DNA from: a bacterium UBP4_UBA6127
Lineage (GTDB): Bacteria > UBP4 > UBA4092
Length of the DNA: 64,000 bases
Reading direction: 5' to 3'
NCBI GenBank assembly: GCA_002428325.1
Contig: DIVR01000026.1
Span: forward strand, 9,219-73,218
Below the pieces are notes generated by a model, which saw only the letters and a list, made by a program, of their open reading frames with translations, was not told where the DNA came from and searched no databases. The position numbers were made by a program, and so were the translations under genes. Shown here piece after piece: positions 48,323-58,046 of this stretch. Positions within the stretch are counted from its first letter, which is position 1. Each line of letters begins with the position of its first letter.

Positions 48323-49333
48323 TTATTTCCTGTCAGTTTCTCCGTCACCATTTTGCATGGACTGAACATCTTTCCATCGGATGTGCTCTTTTAAAGCGAT
48401 TCCATACCCTATCAATGCCGGAGGAATCCCGCCGACAACCAGCATCAGCATGGAAAGAGACACAGCCTGCTCCTGTAAGACCGCATGCGGTATCCCAATC
48501 AAGCTGAAAAGGGTTATCAAGGCATAATCTCTTGTTCCTACTCCCAATACCGAAATGGGCATTAATTCAATGACAGTTACCAGGGGAATCAAGAATAAGC
48601 ATTGGACAAAACTGAAGCCTACAATTCCCAAACCCAATGCGAAATAAAAGGTCCTGATTGAACCGGCCAGCCAACCCAATACACAATAGAATAAACTCAA
48701 AGCCATATCCCTTTTGTGCCGGGTCAGCTGTTCAATCCCACTATAAAATTGGTAGAAAAACTCCCGGGGTTTATCCTGTTTATCTTTGGGTACAATAAGA
48801 TAAAATACTGGTTTTAAAAGGGTATGGACAAGTCTCTGGTTTAAAATAACCAACATCCCTAAAAACATCAAAACCACACTAGCCAGGAGAGAAATGAACT
48901 GTTTTTCGGTTAAATGCCCAATCAAGATAAAAACACCGATTCCGGCTAAAAAAACCAAGGCTATCATTTCCAGGAGTCTCTCAACTAAACCCAAGGCAAC
49001 ACAATCAGTCCTGGCCAGACCTGTTTTCTCATGAAGGGTATAGAGCTTGACCACATCCCCTACTTTGCCAGGGGTTACGGCTCCATAAGGTAGGCCAATC
49101 AGATAAACTTTCATGGAATCCCAGAAAGAAATCGGACTCATCAATGAAACAACTTTCTGGAGTTTCATGGTTTTAAATATCAATTCGAAGGCAGTTAAGA
49201 GAAGTCCCAGGAAAATAAAATGATATTGCATTCCTCCCAAGACTCTAAGCATTTCCCTATAATCAATCTTAAATAACAGGGTCAGAAAGAGAAGCAAGCC
49301 GATAACAAAAGAATAATGGATAATCCGTTTCAT
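48323..49333 (-). CDS. Flippase-like domain membrane protein (UPF0104/LPG-synthase TM-like)
   Basis: About 8 TM helices; resembles the N-terminal TM domain family of MprF-like proteins. The assignment is tentative. Confidence 0.5.
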   Translation of the reverse strand: MKRIIHYSFVIGLLLFLTLLFKIDYREMLRVLGGMQYHFIFLGLLLTAFELIFKTMKLQKVVSLMSPISFWDSMKVYLIGLPYGAVTPGKVGDVVKLYTLHEKTGLARTDCVALGLVERLLEMIALVFLAGIGVFILIGHLTEKQFISLLASVVLMFLGMLVILNQRLVHTLLKPVFYLIVPKDKQDKPREFFYQFYSGIEQLTRHKRDMALSLFYCVLGWLAGSIRTFYFALGLGIVGFSFVQCLFLIPLVTVIELMPISVLGVGTRDYALITLFSLIGIPHAVLQEQAVSLSMLMLVVGGIPPALIGYGIALKEHIRWKDVQSMQNGDGETDRK

Positions 49334-49390
49334 ATTAACTCCAATTGAATCAGATTATCATAATATATCTATCAGGGTTTGGGAAATGCA

Positions 49391-50434
49391 TTAGATTTTT
49401 ATCTGCCTGGCTTGATAATGCATAAGAGCTAATTCAACCAGTCGATCAAAGAGTTCTTCCAGGGTCATCCCCGCCGCTTTAGCTGCCTGAGGATACAAGC
49501 TGGTTTCAGTCATGCCCGGAATAGTATTTGTTTCCAGGAGATAGATATCCTCCCCCCTGATAATCATATCGGTTCGAGACATACTTCCACATCCCAGGAT
49601 TTGATGGACTTTAACAGCAATCGTTTGGATCCTGGCTGTCTGATCATCCCCAATGGGAGCAGGCGTTATCTCTTCAGTGGCACCCGGTGTGTATTTGGCC
49701 GTGTAATCAAAAAAACGGCTAGTCCTGGGTACGATCATGGTTGGAGGTAACGCTTTAGGAAGTTCACCAGGTGCCCCGCCCAAAACTGCGCAGGTTACTT
49801 CATCCCCCTGGATGAATTCTTCAATCAAACCTTCCACATCATGTTCAATGACATCCTTGATAGCCTCTTGCAGGCCAGATTCATTCTCAACTTTGAAAGT
49901 TGCCACACTGGAACCCATCTGAACAGGTTTTACAAAACAGGGATAGTGGATATTCCGGGTTACTACTTGGATAATGGCATTGGTTTTCTCCGGAGTGTCC
50001 CATCGGGTGAAGGTTGCCCGCCGGGGGGTTTTAAATCCATAGTATTCATAAATCTCCAATGTTTTGATTTTATTCATAGACAGGCTGCTGGACAATACAT
50101 TGGACCCGGTATAAGGGATTCCGGCCATTTCCAACATCCCCTGGATAGTACCATCTTCACCATAGGTTCCATGTAAGGCAAGAAAAACCACATCTACTTT
50201 ATCGGTAGATAACCTATCCAATGCCTGCCCTGGAAGAAGAGTTTCTCCCTGGCTGCCACTGGAATGTCTGGTGATAGTCCAGTTACCATCCTTTTGAATC
50301 ACTATTTTTAAAATATTATATTTATTATGACTTAAATGAGCGGCAACAACTTCCCCACTTTTCAGGGAGACATCATGTTCAGAACTTCGCCCCCCCATAA
50401 TAATTGCAACAGTTATTTTTTTAGAACTTGGCAT
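49391..50434 (-). CDS. ddl: D-alanine--D-alanine ligase
   Basis: N-terminus KITVAIIMGGRSSEHDVSLKSG, ATP-grasp blocks, and a C-terminal ...ETNTIPGMTETSLYP. Confidence 0.9.
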   Translation of the reverse strand: MPSSKKITVAIIMGGRSSEHDVSLKSGEVVAAHLSHNKYNILKIVIQKDGNWTITRHSSGSQGETLLPGQALDRLSTDKVDVVFLALHGTYGEDGTIQGMLEMAGIPYTGSNVLSSSLSMNKIKTLEIYEYYGFKTPRRATFTRWDTPEKTNAIIQVVTRNIHYPCFVKPVQMGSSVATFKVENESGLQEAIKDVIEHDVEGLIEEFIQGDEVTCAVLGGAPGELPKALPPTMIVPRTSRFFDYTAKYTPGATEEITPAPIGDDQTARIQTIAVKVHQILGCGSMSRTDMIIRGEDIYLLETNTIPGMTETSLYPQAAKAAGMTLEELFDRLVELALMHYQARQIKI

Positions 50435-50466
50435 GAATTTAATTCCTGTAGGATATAGATTATTTT

Positions 50467-51714
50467 TTACTGGGTAACTCTTAAAATACGTTTTGCCAGA
50501 ACAAATTTGGATACGACTTTTGCATCATAAGATGAATCTTCAGGATCAAAACTAGTGTAGTGAACTCCGGCATCCTGAGCATGGATAAACCGCTTGTCCC
50601 CCGCATAGATGCCTGTATGCCCTATACGGCCCGAAGAACCTGCGAAATAAAGCAAATCTCCCGGTAATAGATCATCCGTAAACCCTCTCCACCCAACTAT
50701 TTCGCCCGCTAAAAATTGTTCATCAGCATCCCGGGATAAGTTAATTCCATAGGACCGATAAAGGGTATTTACGAAACCTGAACAATCAATGCCTTTCTGG
50801 GTAACTCCACCCCAGACATAGGGGACATTCAATAATTCTTCGGCATTTTTTAACATTTCCATGGCCCATTGTGGGGCCCTTGTCTCATAAGAAATATAAT
50901 ATTCACTGGGAACCGAGATAGATTCACCTGAAGGAAGAAAGATAAGATTCTTATCATCCAGGGGTAAGTCAGCACCCATTGGAATCATCAGGGAGGTTGA
51001 TTCATTTCGGAAGGTTTTTCTAAAGAGGGCCCGTTTCCCAGAACGCCATTTCTGAAATTCATCCAGCCTGACATTCTTAACTCCTTTACCATCTACCCAA
51101 CCCAGGTATCCGGTAGAATGTTGTACCAGATAATACCCGGATGCCGCATCTTTATCCATAAGAAACAGGCTGTCCCCAAGGATTGATTCAGTCAGATGTT
51201 CTCTGGGTGCGGTAGGTTGGCTATAAAAGGAAAGTGAACTCACTGAACAAATTCCAAATCGGGTTTCTCCCAGTTCAGCCGATGGAAATACAACCACGCG
51301 GTCTTCCAGATTCCCCAGTTTCATGGCCTCTATTAGTTTATTGAGATATGATTTTTGTTCAGGATAACTGACTCGGCCTTCCAGAATAATCTTTTTCCCT
51401 TCTTGATGGCTTTTCACATCAAAACAAATCACCCGTTCATCAAAAACAGATAATGCTTTAATCCGGGAAAGGTATAAATTCAAATGTTTCGCCTGAGGTT
51501 TTCCTTCAGGAGATATTTTCTGGATAAACTCTTTTAATCTTTGTTGTTGAAATTTCTCATGGTTCTGGGGATTTTGAGGATGGAAGGTCCCTCGGCGAAC
51601 TTCGCCATTGATTGAAAGATTTTCAGTATGGGATATATTATTTGTTTGAGCCATGCCCGTTCCAATGATAAAGACTGCCAGCCAGGCAGCCATCCATTTC
51701 TTTCTTGATTTCAT
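50467..51714 (-). CDS. NlpC/P60 family (C40) cell-wall peptidase with N-terminal signal peptide and SH3-like region
   Basis: C-terminal catalytic block VPYVWGGVTQKGIDCSGFV...GHTGIY (Cys/His). Start set at MKSRKKWMAAWLAVFIIGTGMA (51714) rather than ORF-track 51816. Confidence 0.8.
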   Translation of the reverse strand: MKSRKKWMAAWLAVFIIGTGMAQTNNISHTENLSINGEVRRGTFHPQNPQNHEKFQQQRLKEFIQKISPEGKPQAKHLNLYLSRIKALSVFDERVICFDVKSHQEGKKIILEGRVSYPEQKSYLNKLIEAMKLGNLEDRVVVFPSAELGETRFGICSVSSLSFYSQPTAPREHLTESILGDSLFLMDKDAASGYYLVQHSTGYLGWVDGKGVKNVRLDEFQKWRSGKRALFRKTFRNESTSLMIPMGADLPLDDKNLIFLPSGESISVPSEYYISYETRAPQWAMEMLKNAEELLNVPYVWGGVTQKGIDCSGFVNTLYRSYGINLSRDADEQFLAGEIVGWRGFTDDLLPGDLLYFAGSSGRIGHTGIYAGDKRFIHAQDAGVHYTSFDPEDSSYDAKVVSKFVLAKRILRVTQ

Positions 51715-51928
51715 ATTAATATTCACCCATAAAAATACTGGACTGGTTTCGTGTTTTGAGTCCCTAGGTGACCCAAGCTCCCTTTTTAAAAGGGAAGAGA
51801 AATGCCAGTCCAGCAAGGGTCTCTAATTCCAATATAAGACCCTAAGGTATCCCTGTCAATAGAAATTTTACTTAACCAGGTTTCATGCTATACTCAAGCC
51901 AATGAAGGGCATAGCCCGGGAGGTTTGT

Positions 51929-52882
51929 ATGTTAATGAAAAAAGCACTTTTATTGAGTTCTATTTTATTTATCATTCTGGTTTGTCCTGGTTTTGCGATA
52001 GATGTCATTCAATTTAAAAGCGGAATGGTCGTTGAAGGAAATATCACTAAAGACGACGGGGTTCAGATTTTTGTGAACCTTCCTTCCGGTAAAAACATCT
52101 CCTATTTTAAAATCCTGATAAGCCAGATTGAGCCGGGTAATATCTATCATAATCGGCTGGCTGACCAATGGTATGAAAAAAAGGAATATGAAAAAGCCCT
52201 GAAGGATTATAACAAGGCTTTAGAAACCCAGCCTCAGGATGAAAAAGCTTTGAGCCGGGTGGCTGAGATTGAGGATTGGTTCAAATCCCAGAAAGCTGAT
52301 AAAGAAGCTCAAAAAAGTTCACTGGATGCTGCGTTACTCTATTCCAAGGCCATGGCCAATTATCGGGATGGTAATTATGCGCTTTCGGCTGAGCAATTAA
52401 AGAAGGTCTTGCTCATTAATCCTTCCGATGAAGATGCCCGTGTCTATTTGGATGAGGTCCAGGCCAAGGCCGAAGCAAAAGAAGCCCGGCAGATTGAAGC
52501 TGAAAGGGAACGGCTGGCCCTTACCAAACAGCAACAGGAGTTTACTGATAAATCCTTTCGAGAAAAACAGGCCAGGGAAGCCCCCATGGTTCCGGGGACA
52601 CCGCAAGTCACCCCCAATCGGCCGCCGTCAATTCCGGCATCGGACTTCCAAATAGAATTAAAAGGGATTCGTGGCACAGGTGAAAGCGCTGAGGCGACTT
52701 TCCATGTTATTTCAGGGACCCAGGACCGGGATTTGATTATTAAGGAAAGAGAATCAGACCGTGTGGGAGACTATCGAATTAAAGTGAATTATATTGAAGA
52801 AACTAAAAATGAAGCTGAAATTGAAGTGATTAAGATGGGAGCTTCCCAGGGCCAGCAGATGACCCTGACGATTACCCATTAA
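51929..52882 (+). CDS. Secreted TPR-repeat protein with coiled-coil and basic C-terminal region
   Basis: Signal peptide M(LM)KKALLLSSILFIILVCPGFA. TPR-like motifs (WYEKKEYEKALKDYNKALE, YSKAMANYRDGNYALSAEQLKKVLLINP). GGGAGG RBS. Confidence 0.6.
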   Translation: MLMKKALLLSSILFIILVCPGFAIDVIQFKSGMVVEGNITKDDGVQIFVNLPSGKNISYFKILISQIEPGNIYHNRLADQWYEKKEYEKALKDYNKALETQPQDEKALSRVAEIEDWFKSQKADKEAQKSSLDAALLYSKAMANYRDGNYALSAEQLKKVLLINPSDEDARVYLDEVQAKAEAKEARQIEAERERLALTKQQQEFTDKSFREKQAREAPMVPGTPQVTPNRPPSIPASDFQIELKGIRGTGESAEATFHVISGTQDRDLIIKERESDRVGDYRIKVNYIEETKNEAEIEVIKMGASQGQQMTLTITH

Positions 52883-52895
52883 AAGCTGGTAAAAA

Positions 52896-52936
52896 TAAAG
52901 CCCGGTTACATGTTTTGTAACCGGGCTTTTTAGTTT
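52896..52936. terminator. Bidirectional terminator (AGCCCGGTTACA..TGTAACCGGGCT flanked by A- and T-runs)
   Basis: 12-bp stem with an A-run 5' and TTTTT 3', between convergent genes. Confidence 0.65.
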
Positions 52937-52960
52937 TATTGTTTCACTGGATAATCAGTT

Positions 52961-54121
52961 TTATTCTCCCGCCAATCGCCAAACCCAGGGGATATCCTTC
53001 CCGGCGGCCCGGGATTTCAGATAACCGGTCATATAATAGCCCCCCTGGTTATCCGGATAAATTCTGGTAGCAACACAATCTTCTTCTTTTTTATAACTCC
53101 GCACCCAGACTTTACTGCCTTCACTGTCAAATTTAATGACCAGTGTGCTTCGATCAGTTTCATTCTTCGACCAGATTTCCCCGGTCAGAATATAGCCTCG
53201 ATCCTGAGTCGGATAGACAAAATAAGCCTGGAAATTATTCTTTACTCCAAATACCCTGCTCCAGTCTGTTTTGCCGTCATGTTCAAGCTTGAGAACCCAG
53301 ATTTGCCAGCTGTCATTCTCTTCATTAAACTTGGTTCCGGCAAACATCAGGCTGCCATCATTATCAGGCTGTACACAATTCGCCATATAATGCTTTAATG
53401 CGCCTTCTTTCGGCCAAATCCATTTTTGGTTGCCCATAGTATCAAATTTACGGATCCATCCATCAAAATAGCCATCATCCGTAAGGGTGGTCCCCAACAC
53501 TATGACCCCATCTTTCACCGGGCAGGTATATTTAACATTTTCTTCTTCACCTTCACCGAATATCTTTACCCATTGGATATTGCCAAAAGAATCCAGTTTC
53601 TTTATCCAAACTTTATAATCACCCGTATCTTCCATTTCAATCGTGCCGCTGAAATAATAACCGCCGTCCATGGTAGAACCGGAATATTCAGGCTTTTCAT
53701 CCAGGATAAGTCCGATTTCCGATTCCCATTCAACTCCATATATCTCATTTATTTTCAGTAAATAAGCCTGTTGTCCTGATTCTTTCTCGGTTTTGACTTC
53801 CTTGATGCCAAAAGCCAGGTATCCGCCTTCTTTAACGGGTTTCAGGTCAAAGATAGCCCCTTCACCATAAATTAACTCCCAGGCTACCTGCCCATTATTA
53901 TCCATAGCCGCCATCCAGGCTTTCTTACCAGACCCTTTAGTCGCAGTGGACCCTGCCACCAGGCACCCTACCCCGGTAACAGGATATACAATATTAATCT
54001 GGCAATCTTCCAATCCCGACAGGTATCGTTCCCAGAGAATCGTCCCTGCGCCATTGGTTTTGTCAGGTGTTGGAATGGGAGTATTAATTTCTGGTTGGTT
54101 ATTGTTTTCAGTATTATTCAT
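52961..54121 (-). CDS. Hypothetical beta-propeller-type repeat protein (about seven ~45-aa repeats with a G..W..K.D..G...W motif)
   Basis: Internal repeats such as KVWIKKLDSFGNIQWVKIFG, DGWIRKFDTMGNQKWIW, QIWVLKLEHDGKTDWSRVFG and LVIKFDSEGSKVWVRSY. No catalytic motif recognised. Confidence 0.5.
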   Translation of the reverse strand: MNNTENNNQPEINTPIPTPDKTNGAGTILWERYLSGLEDCQINIVYPVTGVGCLVAGSTATKGSGKKAWMAAMDNNGQVAWELIYGEGAIFDLKPVKEGGYLAFGIKEVKTEKESGQQAYLLKINEIYGVEWESEIGLILDEKPEYSGSTMDGGYYFSGTIEMEDTGDYKVWIKKLDSFGNIQWVKIFGEGEEENVKYTCPVKDGVIVLGTTLTDDGYFDGWIRKFDTMGNQKWIWPKEGALKHYMANCVQPDNDGSLMFAGTKFNEENDSWQIWVLKLEHDGKTDWSRVFGVKNNFQAYFVYPTQDRGYILTGEIWSKNETDRSTLVIKFDSEGSKVWVRSYKKEEDCVATRIYPDNQGGYYMTGYLKSRAAGKDIPWVWRLAGE

Positions 54122-54350
54122 GGTTATATTACCCGATATTTTATCAATAAAAAGATAAAATTCCCTATAGTATCAGATTTAAAACAAGATTAATTATACA
54201 ATCTCGGTCAATTCATCTGCCCGATAACTGAATATTTTGATGATTCAGCACCTGTCAGGACCGAAATTTCGAAGCATCATCGCCATTCTACAGAGGATGC
54301 CATTGATTAAAATGGTTATTGATTCCGCTCAGTAAATCAATGAACCTGTT

Positions 54351-54704
54351 TTATTTGGATTTTCTCATTTCTTCAAAGAGTTCTGTTTCTACACCTATCA
54401 TAGTCCAGCTTCCGGTGGTAAGCTCATGGGCAATATCCACCTGATACCCATTCTCAAGTTCCAGCCGAAAACAATTACGCGATGATTGGCTTTCATCAAC
54501 TTCTGCTACCGTCCACCGCCCAATCATGGATAGCACCTGAAAAGGTTTATCTCTCCATTCAAACGCAGAAGGATACCCCGCGTCAGTCGATGGGGTCTCC
54601 GGAAGGAGCTGGATAGCTTCTGTTGTTTTACGCAGATCTTTGACCTTGACGAGGAAATCCTGAATTTCCGCTTTCTTTTTCTTTCGAACTTTTTTCTTCG
54701 CCAT
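54351..54704 (-). CDS. Hypothetical protein, 117 aa, lysine-rich N-terminus (MAKKKVRKKKKAE...)
   Basis: ORF with a highly basic N-terminal tail followed by a ~90-aa globular region. No family recognised. Confidence 0.45.
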   Translation of the reverse strand: MAKKKVRKKKKAEIQDFLVKVKDLRKTTEAIQLLPETPSTDAGYPSAFEWRDKPFQVLSMIGRWTVAEVDESQSSRNCFRLELENGYQVDIAHELTTGSWTMIGVETELFEEMRKSK

Positions 54705-54809
54705 AGTTAAAACATACTAACCTGTGGAGCCATTTGAGTCAATAGGCAGCCCCGCTAAACAGCATAAATAGGACTCCCGACTGAATGCTATCAAACCCTT
54801 AAATCACAC

Positions 54810-55412
54810 CTAATATTGAGGGTTATATCGGATTTTCATGGTAGATGTAATGAGAGTTCTCCCATCGGCATCCACTTTAACGTTATATCCACCCGGGACA
54901 TTTTCAATATCCCGAAGGTCAATCCCCTTTTCAACGGCATCCATGAAATCGAAAATGTTATTTTTATTATTAGTTTGAGCCGTCAGTAAAACCTGGCCTA
55001 TCTGATTTTCATTATAAGTAATAATCCGAACACTATTCTCACCTGCCAGTTTATATATCTTATCCCGGGAAGATTTGGGAATTCGAACCGGAGCTGGTTG
55101 AGGAGTCGGTTTAAAAACAGGTGGATTCATCGGTTTCCCTGGAGCCGGATTCACCTGGGGGGGAGTCTGAGGCTGGGCCGGAGGATTGGCTGGCTGTTCA
55201 CCCTGAAGAGGAGAAGTGCCATCAGGAGCCATGGCCAAATCAGCAAAGGGCATCCCCCTCTGGGGAGCTGGCTGATTGCCTGAAGGTGAGTTACCAGATA
55301 CGGCAACCGGCTTCTGATTGGCAAACCAGTCAATTGGATTCTCAGTAGGATGATAATAATAAATTAAAACCCCAATGGTCAGGATAACCGCTAATACGAC
55401 TAATAATCTCAT
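54810..55412 (-). CDS. Membrane-anchored proline-rich protein with C-terminal ~90-aa globular domain (TonB-like topology)
   Basis: N-terminal TM helix MRLLVVLAVILTIGVLIYYY. Pro/Gln-rich spacer (PAPQRG...PPAQPQTPPQVNPAPGKPMNPPVFKPTPQPAPV). A structured C-terminal domain follows. Confidence 0.55.
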   Translation of the reverse strand: MRLLVVLAVILTIGVLIYYYHPTENPIDWFANQKPVAVSGNSPSGNQPAPQRGMPFADLAMAPDGTSPLQGEQPANPPAQPQTPPQVNPAPGKPMNPPVFKPTPQPAPVRIPKSSRDKIYKLAGENSVRIITYNENQIGQVLLTAQTNNKNNIFDFMDAVEKGIDLRDIENVPGGYNVKVDADGRTLITSTMKIRYNPQY

Positions 55413-55809
55413 AATACACTCCTGGGTAACCGACTAAGCATTAATACTATTATCGCTTATATTTTACTACGGACCAGATGGCTGTCAATAAATTTTCACC
55501 ATCTTCACTATCAGGGTACCGATGTTCAGTATATTGAACTGATAGGTAATATCTTATAAAAGATAAAAAAGATGGCTTGAAACCTTAAGAATAATACAAT
55601 TGTCTCAAAGTGGAACCGGGAGGCTGAAGAAGATTTTTCTTAAGCTTATGCAGATTTTCTGAAGCTGAACCTGCCCTTTTTCTGCATTCCTGCATGAACT
55701 TTTTAGTATTATAATGACAGGAAAGCCAATTCCAGTTATTCTATTTTTCAGGATAACAATACAAAAAAAAAGGTCTGGATGAATAAAAACCCTTCCTGAA
55801 CGGTTATAT

Positions 55810-56445
55810 ATGAAAGAAGAGCTGAATGATAAATGGATGGAATCGGGAGAAGAAGATCCCGATTTTCCCCTGGTCGAACGCCTGAAGAAAGGTGAAGCGG
55901 CTGCTATGGAAGAGTTGATTAATAAATATCAGCAATGGGTTTACACCCTGGCCTATCGAACGACTCGCAATACTGTGGAATCAGATGATATCACCCAGGA
56001 GACCTTTATCCGGGCTTATCAGTCTATCCATAGTTATTTCCCCCGAAGAGGCCACCGGTTTTCCGGCTGGTTATATCGGATCGCTGTCAATCTCAGCTTG
56101 AACCAGGTAAAACGCCAAAAAAGGGATAAATATCGGTTTTGGCACCGTAAAACCGACTCGGATAAGCAAACCGAATCTTTTAACCTGGTGGAAAATCTAC
56201 CAGCAGGCGATCCTGACCCCTCGGAAAAAGCCCAGCAAAATGAATTTAGAGATAATCTTGATAAAGCCTTGGGAAAACTCTCCGCTAAACATCGGTTGGT
56301 CTTCACCCTTTGTGAAATTCAAGGTCATTCTTACCAGGAAACAGCCAATATTATGGAATGCTCCCTGGGAACAGTTATGTCCCGGCTCCATTATGCAAAG
56401 AAAATCTTGAAAAATGAATTAAAACCCTATTATGGGAAGTCATAA
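55810..56445 (+). CDS. ECF-type RNA polymerase sigma-70 family factor
   Basis: Region 2 (YQQWVYTLAYRTTRNTVESDDITQETFIRAY) and region 4 HTH (LSAKHRLVFTLCEIQGHSYQETANIMECSLGTVMSRLHYAKK). Confidence 0.9.
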   Translation: MKEELNDKWMESGEEDPDFPLVERLKKGEAAAMEELINKYQQWVYTLAYRTTRNTVESDDITQETFIRAYQSIHSYFPRRGHRFSGWLYRIAVNLSLNQVKRQKRDKYRFWHRKTDSDKQTESFNLVENLPAGDPDPSEKAQQNEFRDNLDKALGKLSAKHRLVFTLCEIQGHSYQETANIMECSLGTVMSRLHYAKKILKNELKPYYGKS

Positions 56446-56448
56446 ATC

Positions 56449-57741
56449 ATGTTACATCTAGAAGCAAAAAAAATGTTAACAGCCTATTTAGACGGCGAAC
56501 TGAATGACCAGATTCGGCAGAATCTGGAAAAACATTTGGCTGTTTGCGTCAAATGCCGGACCGAGTTGGAGGAATACCGCCAATTTTCCCGGAAAGTCCA
56601 TGAATTGCCCCCTCTTGAAGAGAAACCAGGCCTCTATTGGGATACCCAGAAGAAAAAGATTCTGGATAAAATCCAACAGCCGGAATCCTCAGTGAATCAA
56701 TCGGCTGCTCCCTCCCCTGCCAAGTCTCAAATCAACCGATGGGAATGGGCTACAGCCACGGTTTCGGTCATGATCCTGGTTGGCGCTTTTGCCTATTATC
56801 AATTCAATGGCAGGACAGCCTTTGATGCTGCCGTTACTAAAGCCATCCAAACTCCCTCATCCGGCGCATTCAAGGCTCAACCCAGCTCAACTCAGCCCCT
56901 GGCAGAATCTACGGCCAGGAAATTGGATGCTCAGGATACTCTGGCATCTGGAAAAAATGAAGTGCCTATGGCACCTGCGCCTGTTATTCTTGAAAATAAT
57001 CAGGCGGAAGTAAAGAGTTCAGCTCAACCTGAATCAATCACTTCCCTGGAAATGAAAATGGATATTCAGCCTGAGTCCACCTTAGGCAGAGAGATTCCTC
57101 CCCAAGAATCATTTATGGCTAAACGACAGGACTCTTCTCCCAAATATAAGAAAGATATTTCTTCAGGCATAACCAAAGGCATCACCGAATCAGACAGAGC
57201 CGCCGAAATCTCAAGCCCTATCATGGGCCAGTCATATGATTACCAGGATAAAATTGAATCATTACCCCGGGTAGCCCAAATTGATGATTTATCAATGGGA
57301 CGGTCTCTCTCACCCAAACCCAGGCTTTTATCCTTCCGGTTCAACAAAACTCCCTTATCGGAGGCCCTGGAAACGGTCGCAACCACAGCTCAGGTCAGAA
57401 TTATTACCCTGAAAGCTTCTCCTGAAAGAGCCATTACCCTGAATGCCCGTAACCGAGGACTGGGACAAATCTTGGCTCAAATCGGCATTTCTGCCGGACT
57501 TCCCTATCAAACGAAGGTGGGTACCATTTACTACCTCACCCCTGAACCGTTCTCTCAATATGTCAAAGAGTCAGGCCATGCCACCCCAGACCAAAAAGTT
57601 GGGTATTACCCCAAAGACTGGGAAATGGAATATCCTCCCCTGGCTGGTAAAACGGGAACCCAGCTTTGCCCCCATTGCCGGAAAATTCCCGTTGAACCTG
57701 ACTGGAAATTTTGTCCCATCGATGGAGCTAATCTCCCTTAA
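56449..57741 (+). CDS. Anti-sigma factor: N-terminal zf-HC2 zinc finger, single TM, periplasmic STN-like domain and C-terminal Cys4 zinc ribbon
   Basis: Start lies 4 nt after the sigma gene stop. HLAVCVKCRTELEEY is the zf-HC2 anti-sigma signature; TM is WEWATATVSVMILVGAFAYYQF. C-terminal ...QLCPHCRKIPVEPDWKFCPIDGANL carries a C-x2-C...C-P-x-D arrangement. Confidence 0.7.
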   Translation: MLHLEAKKMLTAYLDGELNDQIRQNLEKHLAVCVKCRTELEEYRQFSRKVHELPPLEEKPGLYWDTQKKKILDKIQQPESSVNQSAAPSPAKSQINRWEWATATVSVMILVGAFAYYQFNGRTAFDAAVTKAIQTPSSGAFKAQPSSTQPLAESTARKLDAQDTLASGKNEVPMAPAPVILENNQAEVKSSAQPESITSLEMKMDIQPESTLGREIPPQESFMAKRQDSSPKYKKDISSGITKGITESDRAAEISSPIMGQSYDYQDKIESLPRVAQIDDLSMGRSLSPKPRLLSFRFNKTPLSEALETVATTAQVRIITLKASPERAITLNARNRGLGQILAQIGISAGLPYQTKVGTIYYLTPEPFSQYVKESGHATPDQKVGYYPKDWEMEYPPLAGKTGTQLCPHCRKIPVEPDWKFCPIDGANLP

Positions 57742-57816
57742 TCCCTTCTTTTGTTGGATTCCAGCCATATTGATTCTCAGAATGATTTTTGAACAGCCTT
57801 TTATCAATATCGGCCT

Positions 57817-57860
57817 GGGACCCAGCCTGAAACGATCAGCCTGGGTCCCTCCCCGTTCAG
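57817..57860. repeat. Conserved hairpin GGGACCCAGCCTG-N7-CAGCCTGGGTCCC followed by TCCCCGTTCAG (family copy 3)
   Basis: 13-bp stem with 1 mismatch. Same core and same CCCCGTTNAG tail as 28503..28550. Confidence 0.8.
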
Positions 57861-58046
57861 ACCTCTTGGCAAATTCGATTGAACTAAAAATCATAATCGT
57901 AATATTTATTAGGATTCCCATATGATTTCAGGGTTAAAATAAGCGAAGAGCGGTTGTTGAAAAAAAAGAATGAATAAAAGAGTCCCTCAGATTGTTAAAC
58001 CTGAATAGAAAGAGAAAACTCATTCAATTAACCATGGGGGTAAGCC

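Noticed and set aside
52397-52677. Small ORFs (69 to 77 aa) on both strands inside the TPR protein gene 51929..52882
   Set aside because: They are embedded in a longer, well-supported ORF with signal peptide and RBS. They are compositional artefacts of the Lys/Glu-rich coiled-coil region.
57443-57925. 160-aa ORF overlapping the end of the anti-sigma gene and the downstream intergenic region
   Set aside because: Out of frame with a well-supported gene, no RBS, low-complexity translation. It also overlaps the conserved hairpin repeat. Judged spurious.
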